A DNA stretch of 64,000 nt from Candidatus Latescibacterota bacterium (GTDB taxonomy: Bacteria > Latescibacterota > UBA2968 > UBA8231), in assembly GCA_965217585.1 (NCBI GenBank), contig OZ244561.1, positions 2,048,001 through 2,112,000 on the forward strand. The letters run 5' to 3'. The notes beneath the pieces were generated by a model. That model was not told the DNA's origin and searched no databases. It saw only the letters and a list, made by a program, of their open reading frames with translations. Shown here piece after piece: positions 26,231 to 36,858 of the stretch. Made by a program: the position numbers and the translations under genes. Numbering within the stretch: the first letter of the stretch is position 1; each line of letters opens with the position of its first letter.

Positions 26231-27502
26231 ATGCCTCGCAAGCTCGAAATGCTGCTCAAGGGCGGCCACGTAATCGACCCTGCCAACGACATCAACGGCG
26301 TCGCCGATGTCGGCGTACTCGACGGCCGCATCGCCCGCGTCGAAGAGGACATTTCTCCGGCGGACACCCATCGCGTCATCGACGTGGGCAACCTCGTCGT
26401 CGTGCCGGGCCTGCTCGACATCCACGTCCATACGTACCATACCCGCGCCGGCAAACCTGGAGGTGGGTTGGTGGGCAGCCTCAACGCCGACGCCCACTTC
26501 CTCAAAGAGGGTGTAACCACCTGCGTCGATACGGGCACGGCCGGGGCCGAGGAGTTCGAGCACTTCCGCGAGACGGTGATCGACCACTCCAAGATCCGCA
26601 TGTTTGCCTATGTCAACATTGCCGACCCAGGCATGGGCCCTCCCGAACAAGTCGTCGCCAACCTCAATCCCCAGCGGGCGGCCGAGATGGCTGCGGCCCA
26701 CGACGAGGTGTGCGTCGGCATCAAGACCGCCCACTATTGGACTACCAAGCCCTTTGACGACGAGCATCCGCCTTGGGCCTCGGTTGACGCGGCCGTCGAG
26801 GCCGGCGAGCGCTGTAAAATGCCAGTGATGGTTGACTTTTGGCCGCGCCCGCCCGAGCGCTCCTACCCCGATCTCCTCCTCAAGCACCTGCGCCCAGGCG
26901 ATATCCACACCCACGTCTTTGCCCGCCAGTTCCCCGTCGTCGATGAAGACGGCGCGGTGTACGACTACATGCGCAAGGCACGCGAGAGGGGCATCCACTT
27001 CGACCTCGGCCACGGGGCGGCCAGCTTCTGGTACCGCGCCGCCATGCCAGCCATCGCCGACGGCTTCCCACCCGACTCGATCAGCACCGACCTGCACATG
27101 GGCAATATCAACGGCCACGTCCACTCCATGCTCGACACTATGTCTAAGTGCTTGGCTATGGACATGCCCTTACAGGAAGTGATCTACCGCTCCACCGTCA
27201 CGCCCGCCAGCGCCATTCGCCGGCCCGAGTTGGGGACCTTGACGCCCGGCTCTGAGGCCGACATCGCCGTGCTGGGCGTCCTCGAGGGCAACTTCTACTT
27301 TCGCGACTGCGGCTGGGCCTGCATCGAGGCCCGACACCGCCTCGAATGCGCGCTGACCTTGCGCGCCGGCGAGGTGGTGTGGGACCGCCACGGCATGACC
27401 TGCCCGCACCTACAAGAAATCCCGCCAGAGGCCGAATACTGGCACCTGCCCGAACGCCAAGCCACCAGCCCCGTGCCGCGCCTTTGGCGTACTGATGCCT
27501 GA
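26231..27502 (+). CDS. Metal-dependent amidohydrolase/deacetylase (dihydroorotase-like family)
   Basis: PGLLDIHVH, GVTTCVDTG, GDIHTH, DLGHG, ISTDLH. Confidence 0.88.
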   Translation: MPRKLEMLLKGGHVIDPANDINGVADVGVLDGRIARVEEDISPADTHRVIDVGNLVVVPGLLDIHVHTYHTRAGKPGGGLVGSLNADAHFLKEGVTTCVDTGTAGAEEFEHFRETVIDHSKIRMFAYVNIADPGMGPPEQVVANLNPQRAAEMAAAHDEVCVGIKTAHYWTTKPFDDEHPPWASVDAAVEAGERCKMPVMVDFWPRPPERSYPDLLLKHLRPGDIHTHVFARQFPVVDEDGAVYDYMRKARERGIHFDLGHGAASFWYRAAMPAIADGFPPDSISTDLHMGNINGHVHSMLDTMSKCLAMDMPLQEVIYRSTVTPASAIRRPELGTLTPGSEADIAVLGVLEGNFYFRDCGWACIEARHRLECALTLRAGEVVWDRHGMTCPHLQEIPPEAEYWHLPERQATSPVPRLWRTDA

Positions 27503-27516
27503 GTAGGCCGCTCTGC

Positions 27517-27990
27517 TTAGGCCATTAGCATCAATTCCCCGAAGTACGCTGCGTAAAATCCGCGATCCCGGCTCAATAGGCGATCGGCTTGATGCAGGGC
27601 GTGGGCACCGATGAGAAAATCGCTGATGATGTGCTGCCGACCCCGCAACCGCGCACCACACTGGGTGCATTGCACTGCGCGCTGTACACGGCTACACGCC
27701 GCACAGCGCCATCCGTCTCCTCTTCGCTTGCGATAGGTTTTCCAAGCTAGCCCGGCGGTAAATAAGGCGTCCTCGGTCGCTGGTACTCGCCGGATCCCGG
27801 TATCGCGCAAAAAAGCCTCTATCGCGGTCCGTTCCACAAACTGCGAGGCCAACTCTGCCCAAACGACCTCGCATATAATCAGCCCGCCCTCGCCGTGGGC
27901 CTTTTCCAGCTTTGCCTTAGACGCATCGACAAAACGCGCATTGGGAATCAACAAATCCAAAAAGATATTAGTATCAACGGCGGTGATCAT
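27517..27990 (-). CDS. vapC: PIN-domain (VapC) toxin with CxxC..CxxC insertion
   Basis: AVDTNI, E.VWAEL, DFLIGAHA, LLSRD. Confidence 0.9.
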   Translation of the reverse strand: MITAVDTNIFLDLLIPNARFVDASKAKLEKAHGEGGLIICEVVWAELASQFVERTAIEAFLRDTGIRRVPATEDALFTAGLAWKTYRKRRGDGWRCAACSRVQRAVQCTQCGARLRGRQHIISDFLIGAHALHQADRLLSRDRGFYAAYFGELMLMA

Positions 27991-28217
27991 TCGTCGTCGT
28001 CTCTGAGCTGAGCGACGATGCGGTCTGGATCCTCGCCTGCTCTGTCCGCTAGATAGCCGACGTAGCGTTCAAATACGGCGGTAGCCAACACGGGCTTAAC
28101 TAGCACCCGCTGGTCGGGCAGCAGTTCAAACTCTACGTGGTCGCCCGGTTTGACTCCCAATACTTGGCGGATGTTTTTGGGAATGGTCACCTGTCCTTTG
28201 CTCGTTATTCGGGACAT
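27987..28217 (-). CDS. AbrB/MazE/SpoVT-family antitoxin
   Basis: ITSKGQVTIPK.IR..LG.KPGD; ATGA overlap with the toxin. Confidence 0.92.
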   Translation of the reverse strand: MSRITSKGQVTIPKNIRQVLGVKPGDHVEFELLPDQRVLVKPVLATAVFERYVGYLADRAGEDPDRIVAQLRDDDE

Positions 28218-28248
28218 CCTTTCACTCTTTCTGTGAAATGAGATCGAA

Positions 28249-28274
28249 GTATTACTTTTTCAATAAAGTAATAC
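28249..28274. promoter_or_regulatory. Inverted-repeat operator of the abrB-vapC locus
   Basis: GTATTACTTT-N6-AAAGTAATAC, perfect 10-bp inverted repeat upstream of the antitoxin. Confidence 0.65.
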
Positions 28275-28354
28275 CCCGCCCTCGCATTTGCCACCATGCG
28301 GCCGCTACCGTACATTTTGTACGCCGATACAAATGCCGTAACCTCTTGTAAATT

Positions 28355-31300
28355 TTGAATCAATCGCCTAGTAAACCCCACCCCATCACGGCGCTTAAAA
28401 CCCTCCTGCCCCAGTGTATGCTCCAGGATCGGGTGCGCATCGCCTGCCGTCTGAATCGCCGCGGCCTCAACCCCGAAGCAGTCGAACGCCTCTTGGGCCA
28501 AGCGCGCAGTTCTGCGCACCTGCGGGCACGGCGGCGCGAAAACCGCCCAATCCCCACCTACCCACCCGCCCTGCCCATCAGCGATCGCAGGGACGAAATT
28601 CTCGCGGCGATCAAGGCGCACCCCGTCGTCATCGTCGCCGGCGAGACCGGCTCGGGCAAGAGCACTCAATTGCCCAAAATTTGCCTAGAGGCTGGCCGGG
28701 GCGAGGCCGCCCGCATCGCTGTCACGCAGCCGCGCCGCGTCGCCGCTCTTTCCATCGCCCAGCGCGTGGCCGAAGAACTCAAGGTGACCTACGGCCGCGA
28801 TATCGGCTGCAAAATCCGCTTCCGCGACCAGACTGCACCCGAGACCTGCATCAAGGTCATGACCGACGGCATGCTGCTGGCCGAGACCCAAACCGATCCC
28901 GACCTGCTCGAATACGACACCATTATCGTGGATGAGGCCCACGAGCGCAGCCTCAACATCGACTTCCTGCTCGGCTATCTGCGGCTTCTCCGTCGCAAGC
29001 GGCCCGATCTCAAGATCGTCATTACTTCGGCTACCATCGACACCGAAACCTTTTCTAAGGCCTTCGACGACGCCCCGGTCATCGAGGTCTCGGGCCGGAT
29101 GTTCCCAGTCGAGGTTCGCTATTGGCCACTCGACGAGCTCCTGCAGGATCGCGGCGACTTCACGTATTTGGATGCGGCCGCCAGTGCGGTGGACGAAATT
29201 TTGCGCACGTCGCGGCAGGGCGACCTCTTGGTCTTTCTGCCGTCCGAGCGCGATATCCACGAAACCCGCGAGCGGCTCGAAGGGCGCAAGTTGCGCGGGG
29301 TCGAGATCCTGCCGCTGTTTGGCCGCCTAACCGCCGGAGAACAGCAGCGCGTATTTGCCCCAGGGGACCGCCGCCGCGTAGTGTTGGCCACCAATATCGC
29401 TGAGACTTCGCTGACCATCCCCCGCATCCGCTACGTCGTAGATACGGGCTTGGCGCGTCTGTCGCGCTATAACCCGCGCACCCACACTCAGCACCTGCCG
29501 ATCGAACCTATCTCGCAGAGCAGCGCCCGCCAAAGGGAGGGGCGCTGTGGGCGGGTCGCGGACGGGGTGTGCATCCGCCTCTACTCGGAGCAGGACTTTC
29601 TCTCGCGGCCCGAATACACCCAGCCCGAGATCCAGCGCGCCAATCTCGCCGAGGTCATCCTGCGGATGATCAATCTCAAGCTAGGGGACATTGAGGCCTT
29701 CCCCTTTATCGACCCCCCTGCAAAAGCCGCTATCGCCGGCGGTTTCCAACTTCTGAGCCAGCTCAATGCCCTCGACGAAAACCGCGCACTCACCCCCATT
29801 GGCCGCGCCATGGCGCGCCTGCCCATCGACCCCACGGTCTCGCGGATGCTGCTCCAAGCTCGCGAGGAGCAAGCCCTTTCCGAAGTGCTCGTCATCGCCG
29901 CGGCCATCAGCATCCAAGATCCGCGCGAGCGGCCTCTGGAAGAGCAGGATGCGGCCGACCAAATGCACCGACAGTTCCACGACAAAAATTCCGATTTCCT
30001 CGCCTATCTAAACATCTGGAACGCCTACCACGACAAAGTGGAAAGCGCCTCGCAGAACCAGCTACGCAAATTCTGCAAGGCGCACTACCTCTCCTACATG
30101 CGGATGCGCGAATGGCGCGATATCCACGCCCAGATCCGCGAGGCACTGGGCGAGATAAAGGGTTTTCGCTTCAATAGCGCCCCTGCTGACTACGACGCGA
30201 TCCATCGCGCGGTACTCACCGGCCTACTTTCGAGTGTGGCGCGCCAAGAGGAGGGCAATATCTATCAGGCAGCGCGCAGTCGCGAGGTGATGGTTTTTCC
30301 CGGCTCGGGACTCTTCCGCTCCAACAAGGGCAAGAAGCCAGCCGAGGGCGGCGGCCCCCCCGGTTGGCTGGTCGCGGCCGAAATCGTCGAGACCTCGCGC
30401 CTGTTCGCCCGCACGGTCGCTCGCATCCAGCCCGAATGGCTCGCTGAGCTAGGCAGCCACCTGTGCCGCGCTTCCTATGACCAACCCTACTTCAACCCGC
30501 GCTCGGGGCGGGTGCTGGTGCGGGAAAAGCTGATCCTCTACGGCCTTGAAGTGCTCAGCCGCCGCATCCCTTATAGCCGCATTAACGCCCGCGAGGCCAC
30601 CGAGATATTCATCCGCGAGGCGTTGGTGCCTGGGACGGTGCATACTCCGCACAAGTTTCTCGCGCACAACATTCGCCTGTGTCAGAAGATCGAAACTTGG
30701 CAGACCCGCGCCCGCGGTTTGGCCGATGTCCACGTCGAAGAGGCCGCCGCTCGCTTTTACTCCCAGCACCTCGACGATGTTTCCTCGCTGCCCGACCTCA
30801 ACCGGTTCCTCAAAGACAAAGCCGACGACTTCCTGCTGATGCAGGAGGAGGACTTGCTCGGCACCACCCGCGCCGATTTCGACCAACAGGCCTTCCCAGA
30901 CGCACTCGACCTCGACGGCAAAAAGCTAGCCATCAGCTACGCCTATCGCCCGGGGCAAGACGAGGACGGCATCACCGTCAAATTGCCCTACAAACTGGCC
31001 CACGCCGTCGATCCAGAAATACTCGAATGGCTGGTGCCGGGTCTGCTCGAAGATAAAATCACCGTCCTGTTGCGCTCGTTGCCCAAGTCCATTCGCAAGC
31101 AGCTGGTGCCGATCCCCGCAAAGGCCCAGCGCATTGCAGCCGCGCTCAAGCCGACCCATCCCACCTTCTTGGAGTCGCTACAGGAATACATCCGCCAGCA
31201 CTACCGGATCCAAATCGAGGCGTCAGACTGGAACGCCGCCGACCTGCCCGACCACCTCAAGATGCGCGTCGATATCCAAGGCACCGACGATCAATCCGTC

Positions 31301-32236
31301 GCGGCCGGCCGCGATTTGCAGCAACTGACCCAACGCCTCGAACAGCACGACACGCCAGTCGAACTCGACGCTTGGAAAAAGGCGACCCAACAGTGGGAAC
31401 GAGCAGGGATAACTACGTGGGATTTCGGCGACCTGCCCGAGCGAATAGAAGTGACCCAAGCGGGCGGAATGCCGCTCTATGGATGGCCCGGCCTCCGCCG
31501 CGACGAAGGCGGCGTGTCGCTGCGGCTCTACAAAAGTCGCGCCGAAGCCGAAATCCGCTCGCGGGAGGGTTTTTTCGGCCTTTGTGCCCTCGCGCTCCGC
31601 GACGAGTTAGCGTGGCTCCGACGCGAACTCCAGGAGCTGACGCAATTCAAGGCGCGCTACCAAGGCAGTTCCCTAGAACTGCGCACCCAAGCATTTGAAC
31701 ATCTCGAGCGCTATCTCTTCCACCGCGAGCAAATCCTACCCCTGCGCCAACAGGATTTCGACGCCGTGCTGGTGCAGGCCAAGCTGCGGCTGCGCGGCTT
31801 GGCTGCACGCTTCATCTCCTTGGTCGATAGCCTGCTCGAAGCCCGCCGGGAAATCCGCCTTGCGGGACGATCCTATGGCGGGATGGACGCGGACTTGGAG
31901 CGGCTGCTGCCAGACGACTTCCTTGCCCGCGTTCCCTACCAATACCTCAGCCATCTGCTCCGCTACCTAAAAGCCGTCGAGGTGCGCGCCGAGCGCTCCG
32001 CGACCGACCCGCGCAAGGACGCGCAGAAGGCCGAGTTGATCGAGGTGTACCAGAGCCAGTTGGAAAAGCTCGCCGGGGAGACCAATTCGCCCGAGCGAGC
32101 GGCCCAAATCGAGGAATTGCGCTGGATGCTGGAAGAATATCGCGTCTCGGTCTTCGCCCAGGAGTTGGGCACCGCCCACCCGATCTCCCCCAAGCGGCTC
32201 GACAAGAAGATCGAGCAGATTCGTCAAATTCGGTGA
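28355..32236 (+). CDS. hrpA: ATP-dependent RNA helicase HrpA
   Basis: GETGSGKS, TQPRR, DEAH, SAT, QREGRCGR, C-terminal LRWMLEEYRVSVFAQELGT. Confidence 0.95.
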   Translation: MNQSPSKPHPITALKTLLPQCMLQDRVRIACRLNRRGLNPEAVERLLGQARSSAHLRARRRENRPIPTYPPALPISDRRDEILAAIKAHPVVIVAGETGSGKSTQLPKICLEAGRGEAARIAVTQPRRVAALSIAQRVAEELKVTYGRDIGCKIRFRDQTAPETCIKVMTDGMLLAETQTDPDLLEYDTIIVDEAHERSLNIDFLLGYLRLLRRKRPDLKIVITSATIDTETFSKAFDDAPVIEVSGRMFPVEVRYWPLDELLQDRGDFTYLDAAASAVDEILRTSRQGDLLVFLPSERDIHETRERLEGRKLRGVEILPLFGRLTAGEQQRVFAPGDRRRVVLATNIAETSLTIPRIRYVVDTGLARLSRYNPRTHTQHLPIEPISQSSARQREGRCGRVADGVCIRLYSEQDFLSRPEYTQPEIQRANLAEVILRMINLKLGDIEAFPFIDPPAKAAIAGGFQLLSQLNALDENRALTPIGRAMARLPIDPTVSRMLLQAREEQALSEVLVIAAAISIQDPRERPLEEQDAADQMHRQFHDKNSDFLAYLNIWNAYHDKVESASQNQLRKFCKAHYLSYMRMREWRDIHAQIREALGEIKGFRFNSAPADYDAIHRAVLTGLLSSVARQEEGNIYQAARSREVMVFPGSGLFRSNKGKKPAEGGGPPGWLVAAEIVETSRLFARTVARIQPEWLAELGSHLCRASYDQPYFNPRSGRVLVREKLILYGLEVLSRRIPYSRINAREATEIFIREALVPGTVHTPHKFLAHNIRLCQKIETWQTRARGLADVHVEEAAARFYSQHLDDVSSLPDLNRFLKDKADDFLLMQEEDLLGTTRADFDQQAFPDALDLDGKKLAISYAYRPGQDEDGITVKLPYKLAHAVDPEILEWLVPGLLEDKITVLLRSLPKSIRKQLVPIPAKAQRIAAALKPTHPTFLESLQEYIRQHYRIQIEASDWNAADLPDHLKMRVDIQGTDDQSVAAGRDLQQLTQRLEQHDTPVELDAWKKATQQWERAGITTWDFGDLPERIEVTQAGGMPLYGWPGLRRDEGGVSLRLYKSRAEAEIRSREGFFGLCALALRDELAWLRRELQELTQFKARYQGSSLELRTQAFEHLERYLFHREQILPLRQQDFDAVLVQAKLRLRGLAARFISLVDSLLEARREIRLAGRSYGGMDADLERLLPDDFLARVPYQYLSHLLRYLKAVEVRAERSATDPRKDAQKAELIEVYQSQLEKLAGETNSPERAAQIEELRWMLEEYRVSVFAQELGTAHPISPKRLDKKIEQIRQIR

Positions 32237-32850
32237 TCCGCGCCCTGATCTTCGATCTTTGCGACACCGTAGTGCGCACTGCCGGTCTGCCTGGATTGCC
32301 TCTTTTGCCCGGAGTCACTGACCCCAGCCATGTTCGTCGCTTGGAGCAGTGGTTCGGCAACAGCGCTGAGTTCCCCGCCTTTGAACGCGGCGAAATCGGC
32401 GTAGCGGCCTTCCTCTCCGCCTTGCGCAAGGGCACTGGCCTGCACGCCCCTGACGACGCATTGGGCCGCGCCTTCGAAGGGCTGATCCTGCACGAGATTG
32501 AGGGCGTCGCTCCCCTGCTCCGGCAGCTAGCCGCCGAGTACCCCCTGTACGCGCTGTCCAACAACAACGAATTGCTCTGGCGTGGCATCCAGCGCGTTTG
32601 CAGCACCCTCGATGTCTTTGAAAAAGTGTTCCTCTCGCAGGAAATCGGCCTGCTCAAACCCGGTCCTGCGGCCTTTCGCTATGCGCTGGAGCAGATTGGC
32701 TGTCAGCCGCGAGAAGCCGTGCTAATCGACGACAACCCGCACTGCGTGGCCGCAGCCGCGGAGTTGGGCTTGGAGACGGTCCTCTTCCGCGATGCCGCAA
32801 ATACCGCACGCGAGTTAGCCGAAATCTTGGACAGTAAAAACCGCGCGTAG
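32233..32850 (+). CDS. HAD-superfamily hydrolase
   Basis: FDLCDT, LSN, KP, IDD. Confidence 0.85.
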   Translation: MIRALIFDLCDTVVRTAGLPGLPLLPGVTDPSHVRRLEQWFGNSAEFPAFERGEIGVAAFLSALRKGTGLHAPDDALGRAFEGLILHEIEGVAPLLRQLAAEYPLYALSNNNELLWRGIQRVCSTLDVFEKVFLSQEIGLLKPGPAAFRYALEQIGCQPREAVLIDDNPHCVAAAAELGLETVLFRDAANTARELAEILDSKNRA

Positions 32851-32858
32851 AACGAGGA

Positions 32859-33665
32859 TCAGACGTTCTCCACCAGCCACTGGTAGCACTTTTCGTATCC
32901 CACCTGCCCCTCAGTCTCCGGCCCCTCGTATTCAGCCGTCCAAGCCCCGTCGTAGCCGGCCGCTTTGAGGCACTCGACCGCGTGATCGAGATGGATCTCG
33001 CCCTCGCCCAATGCCGCCCCCTTGTAATCTTGCCGCGAGCCGGTTCCGTCTTTTATGTGGGTGTGGAAAACGTGCGGTGCCAGTATTTCATAGAAGCGGT
33101 CGATTTGGTCCAACTCGTGCCCGAACCAGCGGTAGTTCATGGTATCCAAGTTGACGCCGAGCCGGTCCGAGCCAACCCGCTCGATCAGGCTTAACTGCCA
33201 ATCGCCGTCGTTAGTGGAGATCCCGTGATTGTCGAGGGCGATCCTCACGTCGTACTCCTCCAGAAAGTCGGCGCAGCGCTTGAAGGCCTCTAACATCATG
33301 CCGTCCCACTGGTCTTCCGGCACGTCGCCGTTGCGGTTCCAGCCGCCGTCCGAGCGCACGATGTCGGTGCCGGTTATGGGGATGATCTGGCAGACGTAGC
33401 GGTAGCGCTCGATTTGCGCGTCCAAGTCGCGGCCGTCGGCTTGCAAGAAGTCGTTGCCAGCCGCTACCGCCGAAGCTTGCATCCCGTATTTGGCCAATAA
33501 CTCGCGGGTGGCTGCGGCCGTCTGCTCGCCGTTCTTGGACTCGCCATCCCAGATATCGCGGATCTGCAACTCGCAGTATCGGTAGCCGATTTCGCTGGCT
33601 CGGCGGGCAAAGCCTTCGAGATCGCAGCCGGGCCAGTTGTAGTGAATTGCGCCGATTTTGCTCAT
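32859..33665 (-). CDS. Sugar phosphate isomerase/epimerase (xylose-isomerase-like TIM barrel)
   Basis: ALDNHG, NLDTMN, HTHIKD, AEYEG. Confidence 0.88.
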   Translation of the reverse strand: MSKIGAIHYNWPGCDLEGFARRASEIGYRYCELQIRDIWDGESKNGEQTAAATRELLAKYGMQASAVAAGNDFLQADGRDLDAQIERYRYVCQIIPITGTDIVRSDGGWNRNGDVPEDQWDGMMLEAFKRCADFLEEYDVRIALDNHGISTNDGDWQLSLIERVGSDRLGVNLDTMNYRWFGHELDQIDRFYEILAPHVFHTHIKDGTGSRQDYKGAALGEGEIHLDHAVECLKAAGYDGAWTAEYEGPETEGQVGYEKCYQWLVENV

Positions 33666-33682
33666 GCTCGTGTTCCTTTCGT

Positions 33683-35851
33683 TTAGGTCCAGTAAAGCCG
33701 CCACACCTGCGTCTGTAGCGGCATGAGGCTGATCTCCGAGACCTCGTCGCTGGTGGATATAGCCTCAATCGCAAGAGCCTCGTACGCGTCGAAGCACTTT
33801 TGGCGCGATGTAGGCGGCTGCGGTAGGTAATCGAAGCGGTAGAAGGCCCGCCGCACGGTGCGCGGATCGAAGTTGTGCGCCACCAAAAGTGCGCCTCGCT
33901 CGGTATAGCGCACGTAGGACAGAATGCGGTCGTCCGGATCGCCGCCATCAAACTCGTTGCGGTGGAAGTAAACCTCCCCGGCGCAAAATTCCGGCCATTC
34001 CTTTTGCAGTGCAAAGAGACGCCCGTAGGCCCTCGCTAGGCTGGCGTGCGGCTCGCGCTCGGCTTGGTCGAAGTGCAGGAGGGTCTCGTTTTCAAAGTCG
34101 GTGCGCGTTTCCTCGCCCCATTCGCTGCCCAGTTCCAAACCCCGCGTCAGGTTGCACCCAGAGACCGAGCCAGCCGAGCAGTCAATTAGGGCAGCCTGTA
34201 AATTTTTGAGCAATGCCATTAGCAGTGCCCGGTCCCCCGAATCCGGCTGGATGGGACAGGTGATACCCTGCCAGTAGGCCCGCGCCTGCTCGTCGCAACG
34301 CAAAAGTTCCCGGAACTGCTCGTGCCACACTTGGGTGGCGCGCGGGCTGTCGTGGTTTTCAAAGTAGGCCATGGCCACGGTGCCGGGCGCGAAGGTGCGA
34401 TTCGTCTCCTCTAGGAAATCGATGAGAGGCTGCGCGTGCTCGACGTCGCGGTGAAAGTCAACCAAGAGCGCGTAGATCGCATCTGCTGGGACGTCCACTG
34501 CTTCGGTTAGCGGGCACAGGGTTTCGCCCAACAGGAAGGCCTCGGGCGCGGCCGCTTGAATGCGGTTCTTGAGCTTTTTGAGGAAGGGCCGGTCGATGGT
34601 CTGGCTGGCGTCGATCCGCACCCCGTCGAGCCCGCATTGCTCGATCCAATACGGGGCGATCTCCAGCAAGTACTCTTGCAACGGCTGATTGTAAACCAAG
34701 TCAAAGAGCGCCACGTCCGAATAGGCCAGCCAAGCGATCTGGTGGATTTGCGGTACCCCGCGTTCGTCGCGCAGGTACCACTCGGGATGCTCGGCGATCA
34801 GCGGACAGTCGCGACTGCTCTGCATCAGCACCAAGTCGAAGATGACCTTCTTGCCGAGGGCGTGCGCCCGCTTGGTCAGTGCTCGCAGCTCGGCGCGACC
34901 GACGAGTTGGACGAAGGCTTCGCGGCCGAGTGATCTTTCCGCCTGGACCGCTGATAGCCCGGCGAGATCTTCCATTTCCTCTGAGCGCACGAGACCCTCC
35001 GCCACCAGTTCCCCCCAATCTACTTCCTCGGCTGGCGAAACCAGCTCAGGGTCAATCTGGAAAAAGTCCTGTACCGCATAGACGCTGCCGAGGGTTCCCT
35101 TGCGCACATCCTCGCCGGTGTGCAGGTCCGCAAAACCAGGGCGGAAGAAGGGCAATAAGTAGATGACATCGGCAGATATGGCGTCTAGACGCCGCGTCAG
35201 GTCGGCGAGCCGGCCCGAGCGGAAGCGGCCTTCTGCGACACACGCACCGACCTTGCGCGCACACACTTCGGCGATCGTCGGCCCTTGGCGCACCCACTCC
35301 GGGCTGACGACGATGATCCCGTCGCGGTTTTCGGCCAAATCGTTGAGGCTGACCCACTCCTTGCGCCCGGCCTCGGCGTAGCTGTCAGCGGAAAACTCCA
35401 CCGCGTAGTTGAAGGCCCCGGTGTGCCCAAGCGCGAAAGCTGCTGACTCAAAGACAAGATTGTTGTCGGCGAGGACGGGAGTGCCTTCCTCATCGACAAG
35501 CAGCCGCATCTCCACATACGCGTTGCTCCCGCTGGCATCGGTCCACAGCCGCGCATCCACATCCCTTGGCTGGACTTGGTGCGGGTCCACAGCCGCGACA
35601 AAAAGCTCGCAGCGCACCCGGGCGCGGGCCGTTGTTTTGCCGGGTTCGATATAGGCCCTAGCGAGGGGCGGCTCGCAAACCCGACCGTCGATTTCAATGG
35701 TCAGGTTGCCGCCCCAGACCTGCCAGTTGTCGAACTCGCGGCGCTGGTAGCGGCAGTGCAATTGTTCGTAGAACGCGGCGCGTGAACCGAAGACGGCGGT
35801 AACGGTCAAAGAATTTTCTCCAAAAGAATTAGGAATTGGTCCATTGCTCAA
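33683..35851 (-). CDS. Alpha-amylase (GH13) family protein with N-terminal extension
   Basis: GSVYAVQDF..IDP, AH..GKKVIFDLV, DGVRID, LLGE, ENHD (catalytic triad present). Confidence 0.8.
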   Translation of the reverse strand: MSNGPIPNSFGENSLTVTAVFGSRAAFYEQLHCRYQRREFDNWQVWGGNLTIEIDGRVCEPPLARAYIEPGKTTARARVRCELFVAAVDPHQVQPRDVDARLWTDASGSNAYVEMRLLVDEEGTPVLADNNLVFESAAFALGHTGAFNYAVEFSADSYAEAGRKEWVSLNDLAENRDGIIVVSPEWVRQGPTIAEVCARKVGACVAEGRFRSGRLADLTRRLDAISADVIYLLPFFRPGFADLHTGEDVRKGTLGSVYAVQDFFQIDPELVSPAEEVDWGELVAEGLVRSEEMEDLAGLSAVQAERSLGREAFVQLVGRAELRALTKRAHALGKKVIFDLVLMQSSRDCPLIAEHPEWYLRDERGVPQIHQIAWLAYSDVALFDLVYNQPLQEYLLEIAPYWIEQCGLDGVRIDASQTIDRPFLKKLKNRIQAAAPEAFLLGETLCPLTEAVDVPADAIYALLVDFHRDVEHAQPLIDFLEETNRTFAPGTVAMAYFENHDSPRATQVWHEQFRELLRCDEQARAYWQGITCPIQPDSGDRALLMALLKNLQAALIDCSAGSVSGCNLTRGLELGSEWGEETRTDFENETLLHFDQAEREPHASLARAYGRLFALQKEWPEFCAGEVYFHRNEFDGGDPDDRILSYVRYTERGALLVAHNFDPRTVRRAFYRFDYLPQPPTSRQKCFDAYEALAIEAISTSDEVSEISLMPLQTQVWRLYWT

Positions 35852-35874
35852 TTCGCAATTCGTAATTCCTACAA

Positions 35875-36846
35875 CTATCTATGGTTCTGCCGATAGTGTC
35901 GCCTGAGGATATCCTCGCCGAAATCGTTGTGCAGGTCGCGCCAAACCGCGTGGATGTGGTTGGCGTCGTTTTGGGTGTTGTCGTACTCGGCTAGGAAACC
36001 CGGCCCCTGCACCCGGTAGTAGTGCGGTCCCCCTCGTTCCTCCGCGCCGGCCCAAGCAAAGTGCGCCGCCCGTAAATATGCTGCTCCGAGTCGCGCCCAC
36101 TCAGCTTCGGCCACCGCTTCGGGCTGGCGTCGTACGTACACTTCAATCAAGGCGTCCAAGATCTGGCGCTGTGCTGCGCTCATATCCGCGCTGCCCAACC
36201 CCTCCGGCTCGACTTCACCGCGCACGTGGGGCACGTTGGTCGTGAGGATATCCCTTGGTGCTTCTGCACTGACGGTAGCCACCGCTTTCTGCTCGCCGTC
36301 TAGTTCGTGCAAAAGCTGACGTCCTAGATCTTCCTCCTCCCGCAAAGCCCGCAACCCAGCTTGCTCGCCGTGGCGCACCTCGGCGGGGTTTGAGCCAAAA
36401 AACAGCGGCGTCGATCCCAGCATTCGGCCTTCTACTACCGTGTGGTTGAGCGAGACGTGGTGGCCCTCAAAGCGCCAGCCCCAGGGTGCGTCTCCGCCCG
36501 GCTCGCCGAAAATGCTTACGTGATACAACTCGGGATCGCGCGGGAAGCGCCGCCCTGCTCCTTCTAGCTCGGCTAGTATCGGCTCCAGCGAAATGATCGT
36601 CGAGACTTTTGCGTACCCCGACGCGCTGACTCCGGTTGCTACTAGCGCGTGCGCCAGCTCCCGCTGTCGCTCGTCCATTTCCTTTAGCGGCAATCCGGCG
36701 CGCGCTCTCGGCACGTAGTGCCAGTTTTTGCGCTCCGTGCTGTCGGCAAAGTCGATCACCGCTTTCTGCCGCCCGCCCGCATCTAAGGACGCGAGGAAAT
36801 TGCCGGCGGCCTCGGCCATGCGCTGCACTGTATTGGCTTGGTCCAT
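35875..36846 (-). CDS. DUF3500 domain protein
   Basis: WGWRFEGHHVSLN, TP.FFGSNP, YYRVQG, NHIHAVWRD..NDFG. Confidence 0.88.
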   Translation of the reverse strand: MDQANTVQRMAEAAGNFLASLDAGGRQKAVIDFADSTERKNWHYVPRARAGLPLKEMDERQRELAHALVATGVSASGYAKVSTIISLEPILAELEGAGRRFPRDPELYHVSIFGEPGGDAPWGWRFEGHHVSLNHTVVEGRMLGSTPLFFGSNPAEVRHGEQAGLRALREEEDLGRQLLHELDGEQKAVATVSAEAPRDILTTNVPHVRGEVEPEGLGSADMSAAQRQILDALIEVYVRRQPEAVAEAEWARLGAAYLRAAHFAWAGAEERGGPHYYRVQGPGFLAEYDNTQNDANHIHAVWRDLHNDFGEDILRRHYRQNHR

Positions 36847-36858
36847 GATATTCCTTTC

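Noticed and set aside
35850-35870. Heptamer repeat AATTCG(C/T) x3; also ATCTGCGTTCATCTGCG near 55515
   Set aside because: Very short common intergenic micro-repeats with no associated gene here.
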